The translations under genes were made by a program, and so were the position numbers. The notes beneath the pieces were generated by a model that had not been told where the DNA came from, did no database searches, and was given only the letters and a program-made list of their open reading frames with translations. A stretch of 64,000 bases of DNA from Candidatus Limnocylindria bacterium. GTDB lineage: Bacteria; Chloroflexota; Limnocylindria; P2-11E. This document shows, piece by piece, positions 1 through 9,196 of the stretch. Where the stretch lies: NCBI GenBank assembly GCA_036002305.1, contig DASYTL010000039.1, positions 185,604-249,603 of the forward strand, written 5' to 3'. Numbering within the stretch: the first letter of the stretch is position 1; every line of letters starts with the position of its first letter.

Positions 1-13
1 TGGAGCGCTCGCG

Positions 14-1507
14 ATGTTCTTTGCCCTCGACGTCGCGTTCCTTCTCAGCCTCGCCGGAATGCCCTTCGTGGCCGACAGCCTGGGTCAGGCGATCATCGAC
101 GTACTGCCGGGCGCGATCTCGGTCCCGCTGATCGATGTTCTCCACCAGTGGGCGAAGATCCTGCTGGTCGCCGGCGTGATCGCGCTCTTCTTCATCGACG
201 GCGCCGCGACCGGATACCTCGCGGTCTCGCCGCGACGCCGCACCGCCGCGGTCGTCGCGCTCGGCCTGCTGCCGTGGGTCGCGGCGTTCGCTCTCGCCCG
301 AGTGTTCTCTTCGCAGCGGATCGAGCCGGTCACCAGCCTCATCGACGCCGCGGCGGGCGCGGCCGTCTTCCTGATCGCCCTCGCGTTCGTCCTGCCCGGC
401 GCGGAGGAGCGCTCGACCGCCGCGGAGCCGGCGTCGCCCGGTCGCAGACGAGCGCTGATCGGCACCGCGACCGTCGCGACGCTCGTCGCGCTCGCCGCGC
501 TGCCGCTCTCGCGTTTCGCGAGCATCGGCGCGGCGGGCCTCGGCAACGTGCCCATGGCGGCGCGCCGGCTCCGTGCCCGCGCCGCGATCGCGCCCGCCGA
601 CCCCGCGGTCGAGGCCCTGGCCGGCATCACCCCGCGGATCACGCCGAACGAAGCCCACTACACGGTGGACACCACGCTCGTGAAGCCGCGCGTCAACGTC
701 GAGGACTGGCGCCTCGAGATCAAGGGGGAGGTCCGGTCACCGTTCTCGCTCACGTATGAACAGCTTCTCGACCTCGAGGCCGTCGAGCAGGCCCACACCC
801 TCGAGTGCATCTCCAACTACGTCGGCGGCGAGCTCATCTCGACGGCGGTGTGGACGGGCGTACCGCTCCGCGATCTCCTCGACCGCGCGGGTGTGAAGAC
901 GGGCGCGTATGACGTGGTCTTCACCTCCGTCGACGGCTACACCGACTCGATCCCGATCGCGAAAGCGATGGAGGAGCGGACGCTCGTCGCATACCTGATG
1001 AACGGAAACACGCTGCCGCAGGACCACGGATACCCGGCCCGGATGCTCATCCCGAACATCTACGGGATGAAGAACGTGAAGTGGGTCCAGACGATCGAGG
1101 TCGTGAACTACGACTTCATCGGCTACTGGCAGCAGCGAGGCTGGTCGGACAGCGCCGCCGTGAACACGAATGCCCGGATCGACACACCGGGACGCGCCGT
1201 GCGCTGGGCGGGCGGCGCCATCACCGTCGGGGGCATCGCGTACGCGGGGAGCCGGGGCATCAGCAAGGTCGAGCTCTCGACCGACGGCGGGACGATCTGG
1301 AACGTGGCGACGCTCGAGGCCCCGGCGGGGCCGCTCACGTGGCGCCGTTGGACGTATGCGTGGACGCCCGCCGGCGCCGGGAAGGCGAGGCTCGTCGTGC
1401 GCGCTACCGACGGCACCGGGAACACCGAGACTCCGGTCCGTCGCGATCCAATTCCGGACGGCGCGACGGGATATGACTCGGTCGACGTGGACGTGCAGCG
1501 GAGCTGA
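14..1507 (+). CDS. Molybdopterin-dependent oxidoreductase of the sulfite-oxidase/YedY family with N-terminal polytopic membrane domain (may be 5'-truncated by window edge)
   Basis: 497-aa ORF. The C-terminal half carries sulfite-oxidase-type Moco-domain motifs (TLECISNYVGGE, VWTGVPLRDLLDRAGV, DHGYPARMLIPNIYGMKNVKWV) and a dimerisation/Ig-like tail. The N-terminal ~140 aa is hydrophobic with several predicted TM helices. There is no in-frame stop between nt 1 and 14. Confidence 0.75.
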   Translation: MFFALDVAFLLSLAGMPFVADSLGQAIIDVLPGAISVPLIDVLHQWAKILLVAGVIALFFIDGAATGYLAVSPRRRTAAVVALGLLPWVAAFALARVFSSQRIEPVTSLIDAAAGAAVFLIALAFVLPGAEERSTAAEPASPGRRRALIGTATVATLVALAALPLSRFASIGAAGLGNVPMAARRLRARAAIAPADPAVEALAGITPRITPNEAHYTVDTTLVKPRVNVEDWRLEIKGEVRSPFSLTYEQLLDLEAVEQAHTLECISNYVGGELISTAVWTGVPLRDLLDRAGVKTGAYDVVFTSVDGYTDSIPIAKAMEERTLVAYLMNGNTLPQDHGYPARMLIPNIYGMKNVKWVQTIEVVNYDFIGYWQQRGWSDSAAVNTNARIDTPGRAVRWAGGAITVGGIAYAGSRGISKVELSTDGGTIWNVATLEAPAGPLTWRRWTYAWTPAGAGKARLVVRATDGTGNTETPVRRDPIPDGATGYDSVDVDVQRS

Positions 1508-1519
1508 CCCGCGGGGCGA

Positions 1520-2389
1520 TCAGCCGGAGGGTCTGCGCGCGCTGGCGACAAGCGTTCGCGGCCGTGGGAATCTCGAGCGCAGATCGGTCGCGCGGACCTG
1601 GAAGAGGGCCTCCGGCTCGGGAAGCCCTGCCAGCCCGAATCGGCCGAGGCTCCGGAAGGCGATGCCCTCACCCTGACGTCCATCCAGAGCGCCATGCGCC
1701 GCGGCCGAAAGCAGGATCTGCCCGCCATGGCCCGCCGAGCAGACGCGGGCGGCGGTGTGCACCGCGATGCCGACGTAACCCGTTTCGGTCAGCGTCGGGC
1801 GGCCGGTGTGGATCCCGATGCGGACGCAGACCTCGAGGTCCATCGGCCAGGATCGTTTCCGCAGGCCCCGCTGGATCTCGAGCGCGGCCGCGAGCGCGCC
1901 CGCGGGCTCGGAGAAGACAGCGAAAAATTCGTCGGCGCGGGCATCCACCTCGTGGCCGCGGGCGCGTCGCACGCTGGTCCGGATGATCGATCGCACCTCG
2001 CGCAGCAGCGCCGCGTACGCGTCGCCGAGCCGCCGGAGAAGGCGCGTCGACCCCTCGATGTCGGTGAGGAGGAAGGTCACCGTGCCTCGCGGCAGGCGCG
2101 CGACCTGTGTCGCCCGCGCCCTGATCTCGCCCTGCTGCCGCTCTTTGCGGAGCTGCCCGTCGAAGAATCCGAGCGGGACGATGCCGTACTTCTTGGCCGC
2201 CCGAAGGAGCCGTTGCCGCGCACGCTCTCGCGCGGCGTCGTCCTCGAAACCAACCTGCTCGAACCGCGCCAGAGCGTTCCGGACGTGGGATGCGTCGTGG
2301 ATCGGCAGGCGCCGACCGCCCCGCGAGTCGATGTAGGCGAACGAGCTGTCGGGCAAGCGCGCGCGGGCGCTCTCGGTCAGCGGTGGCAC
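1520..2389 (-). CDS. Class III adenylate/guanylate cyclase fused to an N-terminal ~80-aa domain of unknown function
   Basis: 289-aa ORF. The C-terminal cyclase homology domain has the canonical metal-binding motifs (FLLTDIEGSTRL; DARADEFFAVF; IGIHTG; AARV). The N-terminal region (SFAYIDSRGGRRLPIHDASHVRNALARFEQ) resembles a conserved DUF found at the N-termini of actinobacterial proteins; that family assignment is from memory. Confidence 0.75.
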   Translation of the reverse strand: MPPLTESARARLPDSSFAYIDSRGGRRLPIHDASHVRNALARFEQVGFEDDAARERARQRLLRAAKKYGIVPLGFFDGQLRKERQQGEIRARATQVARLPRGTVTFLLTDIEGSTRLLRRLGDAYAALLREVRSIIRTSVRRARGHEVDARADEFFAVFSEPAGALAAALEIQRGLRKRSWPMDLEVCVRIGIHTGRPTLTETGYVGIAVHTAARVCSAGHGGQILLSAAAHGALDGRQGEGIAFRSLGRFGLAGLPEPEALFQVRATDLRSRFPRPRTLVASARRPSG

Positions 2390-2634
2390 GGTTCTTTGCT
2401 CTCCCTGAAGATCGAATGATAAGCAAGGGCGCTGGGCGGGAAGCGCCGCGGCATGGCGGCGGCGCGCTGGCGGGGGGAGGGGTGATTCGCGAGCGAGCGG
2501 GTCGCCTCGTTGTCTATCGCGAACGACCCGAGCGAGCGAAGCACCCCGACTATACCGCTGGCGCGCCGCGGACCCTGCCGCTAGCGGTGCGCTTCAACGC
2601 GCAGCGCACGCCCGAGCGCTACCCTCCGCCTTAA

Positions 2635-3027
2635 GTGGCGAAGCGCCGGTTCACATTCAGCGCCATGCTGCCGCCGTACGCGGCACCCCGAAACGAGTGG
2701 CGCAGGCGCGTGCATGCGGCGGTGCTCGAGGCGCAGGCCGGTCGCGGCGTCGGCTACAGCGAGAGCGATCGGTTGGAAGTGCGGATCGAGCTCTTCCTCG
2801 GAAGCCGGCCGCTCGCGATGCTCGACATCGACGATCGCGTGAACGACGTCATCGACGCGCTCGGCGGCTATATCGCCGGCCCGCGCAGCGTCCGGCGGAT
2901 CGCCCCGATCGTGCCGAACGCCGATCAGATCCGGCGGATCGTTCTCGAGAAATCCACTCGCGTACCGCGCGGCCGTCCGCTCGGGCAGATCACGCTCGCG
3001 CGGTATCGCCGGCGGCGGAGGTCGTGA
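2635..3027 (+). CDS. Hypothetical protein with weak RusA-like (Holliday-junction resolvase) pattern
   Basis: 130-aa ORF. The LDIDDRVNDVIDAL segment and downstream basic/hydrophobic pattern loosely match the RusA D-x-D-N...DAL core. Its stop overlaps the GTG start of nagZ (GTGA). Low-complexity Arg-rich C-terminus. Confidence 0.3.
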   Translation: MAKRRFTFSAMLPPYAAPRNEWRRRVHAAVLEAQAGRGVGYSESDRLEVRIELFLGSRPLAMLDIDDRVNDVIDALGGYIAGPRSVRRIAPIVPNADQIRRIVLEKSTRVPRGRPLGQITLARYRRRRRS

Positions 3028-4529
3028 CCGAGCTGGGCACCGGCGCGCTCGTGTGGGCGGGGTTCGACGGCGAGCGCGCGCCCGGAGCGCTTCTCGACGC
3101 GATCCGTGACGGCCGGATCGGTGGCCTGCTCCTGTTCGCGTTCCGTGGGAACGTCCGCTCGAAGGAGCAGGTCCGCGCGATGATCCACGAGGTCCAGGAG
3201 GCCGCGCGGCGTGGCGGCCTGCCGCCCATACCGGTGGCCGTCGACCAGGAAGGCGGGTCCGTCGTTCGCGTGGGGTATCGCGCGGTGTTCCCGAGCGCCA
3301 TGGCGATCGGCGCGACCGGCGAGCCGAGCTACGCGGAGCGCGCGGCTCGGGCGGTCGCGCTCGGACTGCTCGCCGACGGGATCACCGTGAACCACGCGCC
3401 CGTGTGCGACGTCAACGTCGAGCCGCGAAATCCGGTGATCGGGACGCGGTCCTTCGGTGACGACCCCGAGCGGGTGGCCGAGCTCGCCGCCGCATGGGTG
3501 CGCGGGTCCGAGGGCGCGGGCGTCGCGACGAGCCCGAAGCACTTCGCGGGACACGGCGACACGTCGCTCGACTCGCACTTCACGCGGCCCGACATCACCG
3601 CCGACCGCGCGACGCTCGACCGTCGGGAGCTCCGGCCGTTCAGGGCGGCGTTCGCGGCGGGCGCGTCGATGGTGATGACAGCCCATGTGCGCTACACCGC
3701 CCTCGATCCGGCCGCGCCCGCGACGATCTCGCGACCGATCCTCACGGACCTCCTGCGCGGCGAGCTCGGTTTCGAAGGGCTCTGCGTGACGGACTCGCTC
3801 GACATGACCGGCATCGCCGACGCGATCTCGGCGGAGGAGGTCATCACGACCGGGCTCGAAGCGGGGGTGGACGCGATGATGGTGACGAGCGGCCTCACCC
3901 GGCAGCTCGCGGCGGCTGGGTGGATCGCCGAGCGCGTGCGACCCGAGCGCATCCGTGAGGCGCTGAGCCGCGCATCGCGCTTCCGCGAACGCTTCGGCCG
4001 CGAGGTCCCCGACACCGACATCGACAATCGGCCCGCCCGAGAGCTCGCGAGCGAGATCGCGAGCGCTTCGATCACGCACATCGGCCCACCGATGCCGCAC
4101 CTCGGCGGAAAGGTCCGAGTCGTGTACTTCACACCGAAGCAGGTCTCGCCGGTCGAGGAGCTCGCCACGCCGGGCGCGACGTTCGAAGCTGCGCTCCGGC
4201 GTCACCTCGGCGCGCGTGTCGCGTTCGCAACGGACGGCGCCGCCCCTGAGGGTGACGGCCCGCTCGTCGTCTGCTCCACGAACGCGTCGTTCGAGCCCGA
4301 GCAGGCCGAGCGCGTCCGAGCGCTCGTCGCCGGAGGCGGCGTGCTCTGCGCGCTCCGCAGCCCCTACGACGCGGCGCTGGTGCCCGACCGCCCGACCCTC
4401 CTTTCTTATGGCGACGTGCCCGCCTCGCTCGAGGCGCTCGCCGCGGTGCTTGCCGGCGAGCGGCTGCCGCTGGGACGGCTCCCGGTCCGGCTGCCGAACC
4501 GACGCGCGTTCGCGCACGACTTCGCGTGA
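3024..4529 (+). CDS. nagZ: Beta-N-acetylhexosaminidase, glycoside hydrolase family 3 (NagZ-like)
   Basis: GH3 N-terminal domain motifs (VDQEGG, KHFAGHGDT, CVTDSLDM). I placed the start at GTG 3024; the track ORF from 2697 carries an Arg/Ala-rich N-terminal extension typical of GC-driven over-extension. Confidence 0.85.
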   Translation: MTELGTGALVWAGFDGERAPGALLDAIRDGRIGGLLLFAFRGNVRSKEQVRAMIHEVQEAARRGGLPPIPVAVDQEGGSVVRVGYRAVFPSAMAIGATGEPSYAERAARAVALGLLADGITVNHAPVCDVNVEPRNPVIGTRSFGDDPERVAELAAAWVRGSEGAGVATSPKHFAGHGDTSLDSHFTRPDITADRATLDRRELRPFRAAFAAGASMVMTAHVRYTALDPAAPATISRPILTDLLRGELGFEGLCVTDSLDMTGIADAISAEEVITTGLEAGVDAMMVTSGLTRQLAAAGWIAERVRPERIREALSRASRFRERFGREVPDTDIDNRPARELASEIASASITHIGPPMPHLGGKVRVVYFTPKQVSPVEELATPGATFEAALRRHLGARVAFATDGAAPEGDGPLVVCSTNASFEPEQAERVRALVAGGGVLCALRSPYDAALVPDRPTLLSYGDVPASLEALAAVLAGERLPLGRLPVRLPNRRAFAHDFA

Positions 4530-5569
4530 CCGGAGCGATCTCCCTCGATCCCGCGAAGCCGATCGTCGACGCCGCCATCGGCGCGCTCTGCACCGCGGCG
4601 GTGGTGCGTGTCGAGCGGGGCGGCGCGGCCGGCACCTACGCGGCGGGGACGCTCTGCCCTGACCCGACCGCGGGCCCCGACGGCCCGTGCACCGCGGGCT
4701 CGCTCTTCGATCTCGCCTCCCTGACCAAGCTCGCGACCACCGCCCTCCTCCTCTCGTTCGTGCGCGAGCGCGAGATCACGCTCGACACCCCGCTGCGGGA
4801 GCTCGTGCCCGACTTCCGCGGCGGCGACAAGGAGCGCGTCACGCTGAAGCACGTGCTCACCCACACCGCGGGCCTGACCTGGTGGAAGCCGCTCTGGAAA
4901 GAGGCGAACTCGCTCGATGAGGCCGTCTGGCTCGCCGCGAAGGAGCCCTTGTCGCAGGAGGTCGGCGAGTTCAAGTACAGCGACCTCGGCTACATCATGC
5001 TCACCGCCGGTCTCGCCGCCGTCGGGAATGCCCCGTTCGCGGATCTCGTGCGCGAGCGGGTGCTCGAGATCGTCGAGGCCGAGCGCGCCGCGTTTGGTCC
5101 ACGGCCCCCGGAGGAATGCGTGGCGACCGAGGAAGACCGCGAGTGGCGTCAGAAACGCCTGCGCGGTGAGGTCCACGACGAGAACTCCTTCGCGGTGGGC
5201 GGCGTCGCCGGGCACGCCGGCCTGTTCGGAACCGCGGCGGACGTGTCCGGGCTCGCGCGCGTCTTCCGCGAGGGCGCGGTCATCGGGAACGATCTCGCGC
5301 GGCTCGCGCGCACCGAGCACGCCAAAGGCGAGAACGCGCGGCGGGGGCTCGGCCTGACGCTCCGCGCACCGGACGGCCCGATGTGTGGCCGCCACTTCTC
5401 AGCGGACTCGTACGGCCACACCGGTTTCACGGGCACGAGCCTCTGGATCGATCCCGCGCTCGACCTCACGGTGATCGTGCTGACCAACCGCGTGTACTTC
5501 GGCCGCGCGAACGACGATGCCCTGTACCGCTTCCGGATCGCGGTGCACGAGGCGCTCTCCGCTCCGTGA
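4526..5569 (+). CDS. Serine hydrolase of the beta-lactamase/transpeptidase-like fold (class C / AmpH-like)
   Basis: 347 aa with an SLTK (S-x-x-K) active-site motif and a LTHTAGL region. GTG start overlaps the nagZ stop (GTGA). Confidence 0.8.
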   Translation: MTGAISLDPAKPIVDAAIGALCTAAVVRVERGGAAGTYAAGTLCPDPTAGPDGPCTAGSLFDLASLTKLATTALLLSFVREREITLDTPLRELVPDFRGGDKERVTLKHVLTHTAGLTWWKPLWKEANSLDEAVWLAAKEPLSQEVGEFKYSDLGYIMLTAGLAAVGNAPFADLVRERVLEIVEAERAAFGPRPPEECVATEEDREWRQKRLRGEVHDENSFAVGGVAGHAGLFGTAADVSGLARVFREGAVIGNDLARLARTEHAKGENARRGLGLTLRAPDGPMCGRHFSADSYGHTGFTGTSLWIDPALDLTVIVLTNRVYFGRANDDALYRFRIAVHEALSAP

Positions 5570-5578
5570 CTCAGGGAT

Positions 5579-6724
5579 GTGAGCCTGGTGCTCCTCGCTA
5601 CCAATACCGGACGGCGGGGGCAGAATCAGCGCGTGATCGCGATCGGCATCATGTCGGGGACCTCGCTCGATGGCATCGATCTCGCCGCGATCGAGATCGA
5701 CGACGCGGCGCGACCGCACGTCCGTTTGCTCGCGAGCATGCATCAGGACTACGAGGCCGAGCTTCGCGCCATCGCGCTGCGCGCGGCGTCGGGCGAATCC
5801 GACACCTACGAGCTCGCTGAGCTTCACGGCCGGCTCGGCGACGCGTACGCAGACGCGGCGAGCGCGTTCATCGAAACGCTCGACGCGCGCCCGGATGTCA
5901 TCGCGTTGCACGGTCAGACCGTCGCGCATCTTCCGCCGCGCTTCACCCTTCAGCTGGGCGACGCCTCGCGCGTCGCCGTGCGCACCGGGATCGTCACGAT
6001 CTCGGACTTCCGGAGCGCCGACATGGCCGCGGGTGGCGAGGGCGCGCCGCTGGTCCCGTTCGCGGACCACGTCCTCTTCGCCGACCGCGCGCCGATCGCG
6101 CTGCTCAACCTCGGCGGGATCGCCAATCTGACGCTCATCCCGACCCCGCGGGCCGACGATGTGGTCGCCTTCGACACCGGCCCGGCGAACATCGTGAGCG
6201 ACCAGATCGCGCTCCGCGGTCGGAAGCGATTCGACGAGGGCGGCGCCGGCGCCGCTCGCGGCTCCGTGAGAGAGGACGCCTTGCGCTGGGCGCTGGCGCA
6301 TCCGTACTTCGCTCGGCGCGCCCCGAAGAGCACCGGCCGCGAGGAGTTCGATGGAAAGTTCGCCGACGAGCTGTTCGAGCGCGCGGGGAGATCGGTGGAC
6401 GACGCCCTGGCCACCTCGGTGGCGCTCAGCGCGCGCACCGTCGCCGATGGGCTCGCGCGCGAGACACCTCTAGGAGTGCGCTGGCGGGATCTCGTCGTGG
6501 GCGGTGGCGGCGCGCGCAACCCGACGCTCCTCGCCCGCTTGCGGGAGGCCGTCGCGCCGCTCCCGGTGCGGACGATCGACGAGCTGGGTATACCGGCCTC
6601 TTCGCGCGAGGCGGTCGCCTTCGCGATCCTCGGCGCCTACCGGCTGCGAGGGCTTCCAAATACGCTGCCGAGCGCGACGGGCGCGAGACGCGCCGTGTCC
6701 GGCGGCGCCATCCACAAGCCCTGA
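5579..6724 (+). CDS. anmK: Anhydro-N-acetylmuramic acid kinase
   Basis: Classic AnmK N-terminus (IGIMSGTSLDGIDLA) and full-length ~380 aa. The real start may be the in-frame GTG near 5633. Confidence 0.9.
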   Translation: MSLVLLATNTGRRGQNQRVIAIGIMSGTSLDGIDLAAIEIDDAARPHVRLLASMHQDYEAELRAIALRAASGESDTYELAELHGRLGDAYADAASAFIETLDARPDVIALHGQTVAHLPPRFTLQLGDASRVAVRTGIVTISDFRSADMAAGGEGAPLVPFADHVLFADRAPIALLNLGGIANLTLIPTPRADDVVAFDTGPANIVSDQIALRGRKRFDEGGAGAARGSVREDALRWALAHPYFARRAPKSTGREEFDGKFADELFERAGRSVDDALATSVALSARTVADGLARETPLGVRWRDLVVGGGGARNPTLLARLREAVAPLPVRTIDELGIPASSREAVAFAILGAYRLRGLPNTLPSATGARRAVSGGAIHKP

Positions 6725-7632
6725 TGGCCGGACCGGTCGTGGTCGGGATCGACGCGGGCGGGTCGAAGACACGCGCGTTCGCCGTCGACCGCGACGGTGC
6801 GGTGATCGGCCGCGGCGCGGGCGGCGGCGCGAACCTGCTCTCATCGCCGGATCCCGCGGGTTCGATCGGGGCGGCGCTCGCTGAATCGCTCGGCGGCGCG
6901 CGGCCCGAGGCGGTCGTGCTCTCGTGTTCGGGGGGCGATCGTCCGGCGGACCGCGAGAAGGGCCGCACGATCCTGAGGCAGCTCGTAGGCCCGGAGGTCC
7001 GCCTCGAGGTGACCCACGACGCGATCGCCGCGCTGTACGCGGGCAACCCGGTGGGCTGTGGCGTGGTGCTCATCGCCGGCACGGGATCCATCGCGTTCGG
7101 ACGCAACGACGAGGGCGAAGAGCTCCGCGCCGGCGGCTGGGGCCACCTCATCGGCGACGAAGGCTCCGGCGTGTGGCTCGGACTCGAGGGCCTGCGGGCC
7201 GCGGCCCATCACACGGACGGCCGCGGCGCGCCCACGGCGATCACCGCGCATCTGCTCCGCGAGCTCCACGTGCAGTCGTTCATGGACGTCATCCCGCAGG
7301 TCTATGGCCGGCCGCACCCCGCGCCGGCGATCATCGGCGCGGTCTGGGCGGTCGGGCGGGCCGCCGCGGAGATGGACGCGATCGCCGTGTCGATCGTTCA
7401 ACGCGGCGCGCACGCGCTCGCGCGGGCCACCTCGACCGTGGCGTCCGGCCTGCGGTTGACCGACGGACCCATCTATCTCGCCGGCGGGGCCTTCGAGTCA
7501 GTCCCCTCTCTCGAGCGCGCGGTCCGCAGCGAGCTTCTCGCGATGCTGCCGCGCGCGACCGTGGAGCCGGTGCGCGAGGAGCCGGCGATGGGTGCGGCAC
7601 GCCTCGCGATGCGCCTCGCGTGGGGCGCGTGA
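6724..7632 (+). CDS. BadF/BadG/BcrA/BcrD-type ATPase, N-acetylglucosamine / N-acetylmuramic acid kinase-like
   Basis: 302 aa. N-terminal VVGIDAGGSKTR phosphate-1 motif of the ASKHA sugar-kinase fold. ATG overlaps the anmK stop (ATGA). Confidence 0.75.
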   Translation: MAGPVVVGIDAGGSKTRAFAVDRDGAVIGRGAGGGANLLSSPDPAGSIGAALAESLGGARPEAVVLSCSGGDRPADREKGRTILRQLVGPEVRLEVTHDAIAALYAGNPVGCGVVLIAGTGSIAFGRNDEGEELRAGGWGHLIGDEGSGVWLGLEGLRAAAHHTDGRGAPTAITAHLLRELHVQSFMDVIPQVYGRPHPAPAIIGAVWAVGRAAAEMDAIAVSIVQRGAHALARATSTVASGLRLTDGPIYLAGGAFESVPSLERAVRSELLAMLPRATVEPVREEPAMGAARLAMRLAWGA

Positions 7633-8444
7633 TGAGCAGACCCACCGAAGAACGCAATCCGCGCGCACGAATGCTTTCGTCGCTTTCGTCGCGCCGGCTG
7701 CTCGAGCTCATGAACGACGAGGACGCGACGGTCCCGGCCGCGGTTCGCCAGGCGCTGCCCGAGATCGAGCACGCCGTCGAGGTGGTGGTCGACGCGCTTC
7801 GCGCCGGGGGGCGGCTCCGGTATGCCGGTGCCGGCACGAGCGGACGCCTCGGGGTGCTCGACGCGAGCGAGGCGCCGCCGACGTTCGGCGTCGAACCGGA
7901 GATGGTCCACGGGATCATCGCCGGTGGCGACCGGGCGCTGCGGCGTGCCATCGAGGGCGCGGAGGATGACGCGGACGCCGGCAGGCGCGAGACGCGCGAA
8001 GTCGTGCGCGAAGGCGACGTCCTCGTCGGCATCTCGGCGAGCGGCCGCGCGCGCTACGTGCTCGCGTCGCTCGCGGCGGCGAAGGAGCTCCATGCGCGCG
8101 CGATCGGGATCACCTGCGACCCGGCGTCCCCGCTCGCGGCCGAGGCCGAGTTCGCGATCGTCCTCCGGGTCGGGCCGGAGATCCTCGCCGGCTCGAGCCG
8201 CCTCAAGGCGGGCACCGCTACGAAGCTGGCGCTGAACATGATCTCGACCGCGGCGATGGTGAAGCTCGGCCGCACCAAGGGTGATCTCATGGTCGACATG
8301 CGGCCCGCGAGCGCGAAGCTGCGCGAACGCGCGATCCGCATCGTGCGCGACGAAGCCGGCGTCGACGATGAGGAAGCGCGGCGGCGTCTCGAGGCGACCG
8401 GCTGGGACGTGCGCGCCGCTCTCCAGTCGACGCCGCGGTGGTGA
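7632..8444 (+). CDS. murQ: N-acetylmuramic acid 6-phosphate etherase
   Basis: SIS-domain protein with MurQ-type motifs (GAGTSGRLGVLDASE, GISASGR, SSRLKAGTATK). ATG at 7632 is in-frame inside the longer track ORF 6924..8444 and overlaps the upstream stop by 1 nt. Confidence 0.9.
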   Translation: MSRPTEERNPRARMLSSLSSRRLLELMNDEDATVPAAVRQALPEIEHAVEVVVDALRAGGRLRYAGAGTSGRLGVLDASEAPPTFGVEPEMVHGIIAGGDRALRRAIEGAEDDADAGRRETREVVREGDVLVGISASGRARYVLASLAAAKELHARAIGITCDPASPLAAEAEFAIVLRVGPEILAGSSRLKAGTATKLALNMISTAAMVKLGRTKGDLMVDMRPASAKLRERAIRIVRDEAGVDDEEARRRLEATGWDVRAALQSTPRW

Positions 8445-9196
8445 AGCGGCTCATCGTGAACGCGGACGACTTCGGCCGTTCCGCGGGCGTCGATCGAGGC
8501 ATCGTCCGGGCTCACCGCGAGGGGATCGTGACCAGCGCGACGCTCATGACGAACGCGCCCGGCGCCCCCCACGCGGCCTCGCTCGCGCGCGCGCTCCCGA
8601 CACTCGACGTCGGGGTGCACCTCGTGCTGACGTACGCTCGGCCTCTCACCGATCCCGCGCGGATCCGCACGCTCGTACGCCAGGACGGGTCGTTCCGGCG
8701 GCCGTCCGAGCTCCTCACCCGGACCATCGACCGGGATGAGGCGCTGATCGAGTATCGGGAGCAGTTCGCCCGCGGGCGCGAGCTCATCGATCGCGAGCCC
8801 ACGCACGTCGACACGCACCACTGGGTGCACGACCATCCCGCGCTCTCGTGGGCGGTCCGCGAGCTGGCGCGCGAGACCGGCGCGGCGGCACGGACGCACA
8901 CGCCGGCACAGCGCGACGAGTACCGTGCGAAAGGCGTGCGCACGCCGGATCACTTCACCCGCGACTTCCAGCACCCGGGCCACATCGGCGTGGACGACCT
9001 CGTCGCGCTCCTCGCGCAGCTCGAGGACGGAGTGACCGAGCTCATGTGCCATCCCGGCGAGCCCGATCCCGAGCTCCTCGCGACCTCGACGTACGCGCGC
9101 GAGCGGCCTATCGAGCTTGCCGCCCTCACCGATCCGCGCGTGCGCGCGGCGCTCGAGGGCGCCCGCGTCACGCTGACCACGTTCGCCGCGTTGTGA
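8438..9196 (+). CDS. ChbG/YdjC-family carbohydrate deacetylase
   Basis: N-terminal LIVNADDFGRS motif characteristic of the YdjC/ChbG family. 252 aa. Confidence 0.8.
   Translation: MVKRLIVNADDFGRSAGVDRGIVRAHREGIVTSATLMTNAPGAPHAASLARALPTLDVGVHLVLTYARPLTDPARIRTLVRQDGSFRRPSELLTRTIDRDEALIEYREQFARGRELIDREPTHVDTHHWVHDHPALSWAVRELARETGAAARTHTPAQRDEYRAKGVRTPDHFTRDFQHPGHIGVDDLVALLAQLEDGVTELMCHPGEPDPELLATSTYARERPIELAALTDPRVRAALEGARVTLTTFAAL

Noticed and set aside
1520-2389. Possibility that the cyclase is the signalling component of a Pycsar/CBASS-like anti-phage system
   Set aside because: It is a canonical class III cyclase with no adjacent effector gene (TIR, TM or nuclease) on its strand. Its neighbours are a molybdoenzyme and the recycling operon. 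No support was found in the sequence.
2697-3023. N-terminal extensions of track ORFs (2697..4529 for nagZ; 6924..8444 for murQ; 8848..10167 for the URO-D-like gene; 14724..15509 for the response regulator; 28606..29706 for the LLM gene; 48884..50704 and 61188..63440 for the binding proteins; 47915..49570 for the CN-hydrolase)
   Set aside because: The upstream parts are low-complexity and overlap the preceding gene. In-frame internal ATG or GTG codons coincide with the upstream stop codon or have Shine-Dalgarno sequences, and give proteins of family-typical length and N-terminus.
2925-4517. Long antisense or alternative-frame ORFs throughout the window (for example 2925..4517 -, 4406..5395 -, 5399..6301 -, 8054..9202 -, 8950..10248 -, 15506..17722 - of 738 aa, 18920..20059 -, 27346..28596 +, 28918..30810 - of 630 aa, 29322..31175 +, 31493..32740 -, 36866..38086 +, 38942..40255 +, 43375..44664 +, 50294..51412 -, 54813..56006 -, 59088..60329 -)
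   Set aside because: They overlap confidently assigned genes on the other strand or frame. Their products are Arg/Ala/Pro/Gly-rich low-complexity sequence typical of stop-codon-poor frames in ~70% GC DNA, and none shows a recognisable protein-family pattern.
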